Origin: Octopus bimaculoides
Taxonomy: Eukaryota
Assembly (NCBI RefSeq): GCF_001194135.2
Contig: NC_068992.1
Coordinates: 34,783,121 to 34,844,258, forward strand
Length of the DNA stretch: 61,138 nt
Direction of reading: 5' to 3'
Shown here: piece after piece, positions 51,639 through 61,138 of the stretch
How positions within the stretch are numbered: the stretch's first letter is position 1
Layout: every line of letters starts with the position of its first letter
Program-made: the position numbers and the translations under genes
The notes under the pieces: model-generated
Database searches by the model: none
What the model was told of the DNA's origin: nothing
What the model saw: the letters and a program-made list of their open reading frames with translations, nothing else

Positions 51639-52280
51639 CAGAGTGATGCACAGAAAAGTAACCCAGGTTCTGTAGCATAGTGTAAAAACAGAAATAAATT
51701 TACACACATGAAAAAAGCACCCAGCCTTTTGTTTGCAAGTATCATAGTGTTGTTTTGACCAAAAATGTAGGCTTTTAATTGCTGTACACAATTTTTTTCA
51801 ATTTCGATTGGCATGACCTCCTGCTTTATGTGAGACTGCTGTGTCAGTTTATGTGTTGACTTCTTTGAACTTCAGACAATCCTTTGGTGAATGTCCTGAA
51901 TAACTTCCAGTCTTTGAATTGCAGGGTCTTTTCGTTTTGCGGTGTTGTAGCCCACTTCTTAACCAACATTTATATCATTCTGTTTGCCGGTAAGCCGTGA
52001 CTTTACACTTCCACAATCTTCACTCTTTCCACTAATGAGTATGTCATCTTGCCAAAAAGGCTAGAAATGTTCATTCAATGCATTCTTACAATCAACTGTG
52101 GTGAGGGTGCAATGAGGATAATGTAGCAACCCGTTGACTTGTATGCCATCTTTGTTCCGCAGTTAGAATAGTTGAAACAACACAATGACACTTACAAAGG
52201 ACTCTTTTTCCTGTGTATAACTTTATTTCTCTGCTTACACTAGGCTACAGAACCTAGGCTACTTTTTGTGTGCTATCCTG
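51639..52280 (-). mobile_element. Tc1/mariner-superfamily deletion derivative
   Basis: ~70-bp imperfect TIRs flanked by TA on both sides (51637-8, 52281-2); minus-strand MTYSLVERVKIVEV start at 52047, followed by decayed HTH-like sequence. Confidence 0.7.
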
Positions 52281-52443
52281 TATATATATTTATTAACATT
52301 TGAACCTTCAAGTTAATTTGACATAGTTTGTCCACCTAAGTTTTTCATTTATTTATACCAATAGGAAGGGGTGACATGTATTTCTGAATACAGAAAAAGG
52401 TTCATCAATAATGCAGATACAAATCTACACGTTCCTCTTTAAT

Positions 52444-52541
52444 TGTGTGTGTGTATGTGTGTATGTGTGTGTGTGCGTGTGTGCGTGTGCGTGTGCGTGT
52501 GCGTGTGTGCGTGTGTGTGTTGTGTGTGTGTGTGTGTGTGT
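52444..52541. repeat. (TG)n/(GTGC)n alternating purine-pyrimidine tract
   Basis: Seen directly. Confidence 0.95.
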
Positions 52542-54072
52542 ACACCACTTTGCTGAAAGAATGTGTATCTGAGTTATCCACCCAAATGAAATGATCATGC
52601 TTTTAATTTCCTTTTGTCATCCTACAAGATTTGTGCTTTCATCAGCCCCTTTTAATTGTAGTTATGCTAAATTATAAGCATTTGTTTATACACAGAAAAA
52701 AGTGGAAAATTGTATGTTACCCACAAACTGTTTACAAAGCAAAACCAGCCAATGGAGGGTTTGAACAAGTTAATAAACTTACAAACAGAACTGAAATAAT
52801 ATGTAAGTGTACAAATTCTTCGTAGAGATACTGTGTAATGTTTTGTAAAATGCACTAAAAGCATAGAAGTATTAGCCATTGGGTCACCTATTAGATAGAT
52901 AATCAGATAAATAATTGAAGAGATACTGAAAACTTGTAGCGTATGTATACATACATGCTCATACCATTCATATATGGGTTTGTATATATGTGTATGTTGG
53001 GATCTTTTTCACTTGAAACATTAAATAAATTTATTTTGATGTACAAGTCATATATTATGAATTAATAATTAATTTGAAATACCATTTGTTTAATTAATTC
53101 AAACATTTTAACGATAATGGAACAACCAAGTTAAATAAGTAGGATGCAAATAGTACACATAACCCCCAATTTACTGCTAATTCTCATCCATATTTGCTTT
53201 CTATTCTAGAATGCATGATTCTAGATCAGAATTCTTGTATGGATGATTGCCTAGCTCCCTAAATATCCTTGTGTAGATTGTCACCAAAAGCTGTCTATAA
53301 TGGGTATTTTTCTAACTCTCTAAACATCATTATCTAGAATGAATATTTACCTAGTTCCCTAAACACCTACAGCAAGTACATGTACAGGACATTATTACTA
53401 TCGCATCATTCTGATGAGACAAGGAAGTTCATGAATCCTTAATGAACTAACTAATTTAGGATCACTACTGTTCCAAACTAAAAGAAATTTGAAAATTGCT
53501 GGATTAAACACAAACATAGTCATTTCTTGCATATAACACATGCATGTGTGTGCATGTGCCCGCACATACATGCATGAACACATGTACACACATTTGTATT
53601 GGTAACAGAAATGTTCACAAGCAGTTACATTAAGATCCATCTACCAATCTAAGAATGATTTCAAAAGCTGGGACACAATGAAGGAATATAAAAGACATCC
53701 AATGGATATGTTTTAACATCATTACAAGTGCTGATCGAATAATTTAGAATAAAAGCTTTGGTGAAAATGTAACAAGTATTTGAGAAATACGAGGTTAACA
53801 AACTATATTATAGAAGGAAAAGAATCAAATATGTGTGTAAAATATATGGAATTATATGAAAAAGAAGCATATATAAGAAAATATCATACATATATCTATT
53901 ACAATTGTGCATGGTTAAAACATTACCTGTCGAAGGAAAATACCTGCTAAATTTTAGATAAATTTTAAAAAAAGAAGATGATAAGGTTTATATTATTCTA
54001 AATATACAGAATATGCATAATACACATTTGTTTAGTGGTATGTAATTGGAAAGCAAGTGTTTTGAAGCATAT

Positions 54073-54243
54073 AGTTCTATAGTTAAGAGATGAAGAATTA
54101 TGTACGTTATTTACATTTGATGGATATTTGTCCTCGTCTTGTTTATTGTTAACACAACGTTTCGGCTGATATACTCTCCAGCCTTTAACAGGTGTTTTGG
54201 GGAAATTTCAAACCTGGGTTCTCATTCCTAAGGTATTTTTTAA

Positions 54244-54300
<57 letters not shown>

Positions 54301-54440
54301 TACTACCTTAAGAACGAGAACCCAGGTTCGAAATTTCCCCAAGACACCTGATGAAGGCAAGAGAGTATATCAGCTGAAACGTTGTGTTAACAACAAACAA
54401 GATGAGGACAAATATGCATCAAATGTAAATAATGTAAATA
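54073..54440. mobile_element. Inverted pair of SINE family C tails around (ATT)n
   Basis: Minus copy 54073-54245, (att)n 54246-54303, plus copy 54303-54440; each has a damaged hammerhead. Confidence 0.88.
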
Positions 54441-57400
54441 TTTTTGAAGAATGTTTACAAAATAGTACATTGTATGAAAACTTTTGTCTTGAAATAAAAT
54501 TACTAACGTCAGTTAGGCATAAAATACATGTATGTATTCAAATGAAACCTGCTCTATACGTATGGGAAACATATTTAAGGATTGGGCATTTGATTTTAAA
54601 TGTGGCTGGACTTCTTTCTTTTAAAAACCAAATGTACTTGAAAATTAGCTCCCCACCTTTCATTCTCATTAACAAGCAACTGACATACAATACACTTGAG
54701 CCAACTCCACACTGATACATGACTTCTGAAGCATGCATTTAATCCCTGAATGGGGTTCTGAGTATTTTGTATCCTTCAATAGTAACAATGTACTGCTCAT
54801 AGCAAGCAAGCATCATATAAGCTGCATGCTACCACTCAAAAAGCTAGAACTCACTATCATGGAAGAGATTTCATATCAAATGCATTGTTAACACAACTAG
54901 GACTGTATCTCAAAGATTTGTACACTTTAGAGCCAGAAAATATCTGTTTCAGGCAATTGCTACCCATCAACTATGCTCATATGCCCACATTAAGCATCCT
55001 GGATAAGGAAAAAAAAACTGGCATGCTCTTGTGATTTCTTTCTGATAGAATATAGCATTCCTTAGATGTGCAGAGTTTGAAACAAATTAAGTTTTAATCA
55101 TGTATGTATACTGCCAAAAATATACTAACAATACATTTTCTTCTATATTACACTTGTAATCCTACACATTCTCTACATATTTGCCAACCAGTTTACACTC
55201 TCTACTTGGTGCATTTTTGTGACACCAGTCCTAGAGTGATAGCCTCCCTCGCCATTGGCTGCAGAAGTGGTGTGTTGAGTTCTATTCTAATATGGGCACA
55301 GGAAGTGGGCATGTCTTGTATGCAATAAAAATAGTAACCTAAAATGTACAGACTGTGGAAGTGAATAGGAGAGGGAGCAATAACAGTAGAAAGGCCACAG
55401 ATAGGGATTTGAGGATGAAGGATAGGCACATGCATTTGCCCAGGTAACCTTGAAGTGGGAAAGAAGAGAGTGTGAAAGAGAGAGAAGAGAGCAGGACATT
55501 CAAAAGGGGTGAGATAATGGTGGTGTCAGGAGTATGATGAGAAAATAATTGATAAATTATCGATTTTACAAAATAGATGACATCAAGCTTTTTAAGGAAA
55601 TTTCCTTGAAAAAACAAGGATTCATTTTGTCAGCCTTGTTATTTGATCATAGTATTCGTAGTTCCTTTCTTATAAGGCAGTGTTTTATAGATAGATGCTT
55701 TTTATATTGTGGATAAGTCTTCTTAATCACTTTTTATGACACATGATACAGGGTACTAATTCTAAAACTGAGATAAAGGTAGTTTCTATTTTATAAAATA
55801 GACTTAACCAGTTCCTATGTATTTGTCTACCTGATCAATTTATCTTTCTCAGTTACTCTTATTCAATATTTGTTTTAAGCTGAAAGACCAACTCATTGAA
55901 ATTGATTCAGACATTTTTCCTTCTGTGGTAGATAAAATAAGCATTAACTAACTTTTGAGGTTGATATAATTGATAATACATTCTCAAATATTTAAGACCT
56001 TGTACCTAACTTAGATAATGATATATTTTTCTACTAATTATAATGGCTTTTTGTACTAGATAACTACAAAATTATATTCATTAAAATAAAGTTTCCAATC
56101 TGTTTAATGTATAATTTCCAATAATATTTCTAAGTAATTTTAAAATTAGATTGTTATTGTTTGAAATTGATATCAGGAAGTCAGAATAGATGCAAGCTAA
56201 ATAAAAATAGTTACTGATGCTGTTGCTATTGCTACTGTGTTTCTTTTAATTTTGTTTCTCACATATATATATATTTTTTTTTTTTCTGAACAATCAGTTT
56301 CTCATGTCCACTTGTGGAGACAAGGTGTAATCTGAAAATATTATTTACAATTGACTGGTTTCTCTTCAAAGAGTTAAAGATCAGTTTCTGAAATTTCTAG
56401 ATTCATCTTAGTGATAGTAAAACTTTGCTCCAAGGTGTTCTATCTTAACTATTCACAAGCCCTTCAAACCTTTTAAGATTGAAATTTATAAATAATTGTA
56501 CAATGACTCAATTATTTAACTATTCATTTGTCTGAGTATTTATAAATGTGAGCATGTGTGTATTTGGTCTATACTGATAAGTATGTATCTATTTATGAGC
56601 ACTATATCTTTGTGTAAATATATGCATGTAATGTGTGAGTTTCTAGGTTTATCTATAGTTGATTATGGTGCTATATTATTTATGTTGGAATTACAATTTA
56701 TCGTTGATGTAGCTTCCTATATACAAAACAAGTAACATATTGCATCTTTCATATCTATCCAATGTTATATTTATCAACTTCTTGGACTACCTGCCTGCAT
56801 ATCTTTAGTCTTATCTACCTGCTTGCATATCTGTTTGTCTGTCTATCGGTTTGTTTACCAGCCTATCTTTATTCAACTGGACAGCCATACATCAGTATGT
56901 CTAACAGTTAATAAATAAGCAAATTTATTAATCAAGCAGTAATTTTACAATGAAAGTAAATAATTAATCTCATGATTTTGATATATGAGACAACACACTA
57001 ATGATGTTTGTAACAGTTTCAGTGATAATACATGGTTTATAAGAATATTGGTGAGTAGCGTTTATTTGTGTTTGTACCAAATCCAGCTATTATCTCCAAA
57101 TCATATAGACAACAAGGAAGTTGGAAATCTGGTATTGTTTTGTATAGGACAAGAAAAAATTGTTGAAAATAATTATCACAATTCAGTAGTATTTCTGTAA
57201 CTCCCATTTTGACATTACCAAAACTTCTAGTTTTCCTTGGTTTGTTAATGGGCATCGTTGTGCCACTATAAGAGACCAATATTTTGCCTTAATGCCAGAT
57301 GATTAAATCTGATTTTTGTTACTTCAAATTGTTGAAAGAACTAATATGTGTTGTCTCAAATCAATCTTCAGAATCAGACAGCTCAAGAGCCTCCTTTAAC

Positions 57401-59334
57401 CGCTTTGATTGCAAGTCATTTAATATCCTAATCACTAAGGTTGTATTAGTTTAGATTTTCTTTTAACTTTCAGACTAAAATCTTTTGAACATAGTGAATC
57501 AGTCTGTAGCTGCCTGATAATTTTTTTCAATTTGCAATAAATGGCCCTTAATACTATTTGTACTCAACTTGTTTTGGCTATATTTCTTTTTCAATAATGC
57601 AAATATCTCTCTTTATCAAACAATCTGGCAAACTTCACTTAATAATCAGAAATCATACTATCTATAACTAGTCAAGATGGGAAATGGAACCTCTATTTCA
57701 GACTTAGCCCTTATAAAGATCTTTTGATATTGAGTTAATAAATTAACTGAGAAGATTTCAAAGGTCATGAGCACTGACTCCTTTTCCTTCTGAGTCAACC
57801 AGGAGCAAAGCTGTTACTTAGAAAGGCTTACACCTTGGTAACTAGCACACAAATTCATATGAATATAAATCACTGGTTTTTCTAACATTCAGTTTCTCAT
57901 TGCATATCAAAACTAGAGCGAAAATAAAATAGTAGTGTTCTAGGCTGATAAAAAGTATAAATCATGACATGTGTAAAAGAGAAGTTCAGTCATGATGCCC
58001 CTCACTGTTTGCAAATGCATTATTTCTTCATATTGTAAAACATTTTTAAAATGAGCATCATAGAAGTGTATCATTTTATAAGTGTTGTTTTCTTATGGAT
58101 TTATTTGTCATACATTGCGAAACCAGACGACAGAGTGGTAGAAGTGCTGGTCTCTCAACTAAATTTTTAAATGTATAAATCTTGCTGCAACTTCACTGAA
58201 TTGGCTATGATTCTGACTTTTAAATCAGAAAGGTGAGATATAGTAGGTAACTAAGTAAACATAACTCTATAAGAACTATACATGATTGATATTCAACATC
58301 AGTTTCACCACATCTTGCAAAATTGATACTGTATAATTGATTTTTGCCATTAATTAAGTATAAAACAATCAACAGGCATAGCCTATCATTAACCTATCAG
58401 CAATCTGCAGACTACACACTACTCATGAAAACTTTCCAGCCAAACGTATTTTGACTGTTGAGCATAAACATCAGCAGTCTCATGTTAATCTGTATGATAT
58501 TGTTGAATTTTGGACCTTTAGGTACTCATGCTGGCAGCCACGTGTTAAGTTTCTTTCATTCAATTTTGATGTATTGTTTGAATGATTGATTTGGCATTGT
58601 ATTGAGATATGAGTATGATTTCTATACTATTCTATTTTTGTGGGGAATTTGACAGAGTATGTAAGTATTATACTGTAGTATTTTTCTATTCAAATTGCTT
58701 TGTGATGTGTGGTATAGTATTCACTATAGATCTTTATGGTGACCCTACAAGAAAGAATTGTACTTGCACAGCCAATATAACAGCTGAAATTGTGAAGATT
58801 TCAGATTCAAATTTATAAATTACATTGGAAATTAGTTGCATGCTTGTGGTTGTAGATATGTGAGGAGTATTGCTGTCAAGGAGGTTTTGAGATTGAAATT
58901 TTGTAGTATGTTATTCTCTAAATGTAAAATTTGTGATATTGAATCCTTTTTTTGCAACTCCAATAAAGATGGATTGGTCATGTCATAATGCATGACAGCT
59001 GAATTCTTCCAAAATCATGACAAAGGAATGTTAGCTTTCTATAAAGCCATAAAGAACTATGACTGGGGGCATGTGGTTCATCTTAAAGATCCAAGAGCAA
59101 AGACCAAGTCTCAGACTAACATGCGGGGGCTTCTTCTTAAATGTCCAGCCTGTAGACTTGTCTGTAAATTGTTTTGTATTAAAGTCATACAAAGGAAATC
59201 AACATGAGAGATGAAAACAAAAAACAAAAATGCTTGTTTTGTCCTCATACATTGAAATCAGAGTGAGAAACCAATGTACCTACCTACCTCGAAAAACCTC
59301 ATGTGTCACCCGCACAAGAGCCAGCCCAGGGGCA

Positions 59335-59376
<42 letters not shown>

Positions 59377-59399
59377 ATATATATATATATATAATATAT

Positions 59400-59810
59400 G
59401 TTTGTGTGTCTGTGTTTGTCCTCCCAACATCGCTTGACAACTGATTCTGGTGCGTTTATGTCCCCATAACTTAGCGGTTTGGCAAAAAAGATCGATAGAA
59501 TAAGTACTAGGCTTATCAACTCCGTCTGAGGTTGATTTGCTTGACTAAAAGCAGTGCTCCAGCATGGCCACAGTCAAATGACTGAAACAAGTAAAAGAAT
59601 AATAGAATATATATGTATGTATGTGTGTCTTTGTGTCTATGTTTGACCCCTCCAACACCATTTCACAACTGGTGTTGGTGTGTTTCAGCAAAAGAGACTA
59701 TAAGAATAAGTACTAGGCTTTAAAAATAAGTCCCGGGGTTGATTTGTTTGACTAAAATCCTTCAAAGCAGTGCTCCAGCATGGCTACAACCAAATGATTG
59801 AAAAAAGAAT
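59400..59810 (+). mobile_element. Two tandem SINE family A 3' parts
   Basis: Both have gatagaataagtactaggctt...gcagtgctccagcatggc-like cores and aaatgactgaaacaagtaaaagaat-like ends. Confidence 0.85.
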
Positions 59811-60093
59811 ATATATATATACAAACTCATAAAAATATGTATATACATAAATGTGTTTGTGTGTGTGTATAAATACAATCCAGGGATCTCAGAGTGGGAA
59901 GTTGTTGGTTAAGCTTCAAGTAGTGAGTGGCAGGTGTAGAGAACAAAAAGTGAACTGTATATAATAAAAAATGAAAACAATTTTTTGTCGTCAAGAGTTA
60001 CACACTTTTTCTCATGGCGAAGTTGCAAGGAAATTCGAAAATTTGGTAGTTTCTATATAGCTTACAGTTAGCAACTAGAACTGCTAAAAATGC

Positions 60094-60848
60094 ATATAAA
60101 AATCCAAATTGAGGGAGTGGAACAGGTAAAATGCCATCAGTATATATCTCTTAGCTCTTAGCTGGCTGAAGCTCATGATGTTGTTGTCATGCAATGTGTT
60201 ATGCTTAATGTAGCTAATCATCAGTCTGAGATTACATTAATGCAATGAAGGTGACATTGTACCCAGAATTTTGAAGTCAGCCACACCATAGCATTGAGTT
60301 CAACTGAATAGAAAAGCCAGTAGGGGAAAAAATAAATAAAAGGAAACAAGAAGTAGGTTAAGAGAAACAATGAGCAATAAAGCAATGGCTGAGACTCAAA
60401 ATATGCAAGACACCAGTACATTGATGTAAAGTTTGTCATCACATCTCTTGAATGGAAGTTTATGACTACAATACTTTCCCCTTAACGATAGCAATCCTCT
60501 TTTTTCTTATCTCTTTCCTTCTTTTTATCCTTTTCTTCCAACTCCTCAACTCTAAGCCACACCCACTCTTGCACATTGCTCATTGGTTCTCTTAACCTAC
60601 TTTTTGATTTTTGTTTCTTCTTTATTTTTTACCAGTGGCTTTTCGATTCAGTTGAAGTCAACACTAAGATGTGGCTGACAGAAATTCCAAGCAACAATGT
60701 AATCTTCATTTCATTAACGCAGTCTCAGCTTGATTAGCTACATTGAGCATAGCTCATTGCATAACATTTACGTTACAAGCTTCACTGACTAAGAAACATA
60801 TGTTGCATGCATTTTGCCTGTCCACTCCCTCAATTTGGATTTTTATAT
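60094..60848. mobile_element. Large foldback/MITE with ~290-bp arms
   Basis: Outer 27 bp perfectly inverted (atataaaaatccaaattgagggagtgg); arms alignable to about 60390 and 60560. Confidence 0.85.
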
Positions 60849-61138
60849 ATAAAAATACATCTGTGAAGGGATTATTCTTTGATAAAAAATCACCAGACAA
60901 TGTAGTTTTAGTCAAAACAAATTGCACACCTGTAGGCTTTTCAACTACACAAGTGCGTTAAGTATGTTATATTGATAAAGTTCTTACTATAGAGCTGTTT
61001 CCATTGCATGATACAAGATTCAAATTTTATCTTGTTTATATGCAGATTACCTGTGTATACTTCAGAAATATGTAAGCATATATGTATATTTATATTGCAT
61101 ATGAATATGTGTGTGTGTGTATGTATATATATATATAT

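Noticed and set aside
57380-57600. Protein-like minus-strand pieces ending ALELSDSED-stop
   Set aside because: Needs frameshifts to join, splice signals are weak, no family recognised

Overview
AT-rich eukaryotic, metazoan-type DNA with scaffold gaps at 1500-1919, 13170-13179, 21876-21885, 31122-31295 and 37935-38385. The repeat families and TTAGGG units suggest a mollusc, most likely an octopod cephalopod (inference from recall, no database search). No intact protein-coding gene is recognisable; most listed ORFs are microsatellite, antisense or gap artefacts. The window is layered transposon debris: RTE LINEs (one with a PHD-type finger inside the RT), CR1/Jockey-like and R4/Dong-like RT relics, a C-terminal-endonuclease Penelope-like element, Ty3/Gypsy pol relics, mariner/Tc1, two hAT relics, a piggyBac-like MITE, a Helitron tandem junction, three tRNA-derived SINE families, MITEs and microsatellites. 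A few phase-compatible minus-strand exon candidates may belong to a host gene. Best leads: (1) a tRNA-headed SINE whose tail carries a minimal type I hammerhead ribozyme, also present as an inverted pair, suggesting a Pol III SINE mobilised by Penelope-like machinery; (2) a second, different hammerhead at 37646-37707; (3) a Penelope GIY-YIG endonuclease split by a ~200-codon Ser/Asn/Thr insert; (4) a MITE carrying a TTAGGG array; (5) a loop-less 138-bp palindrome.
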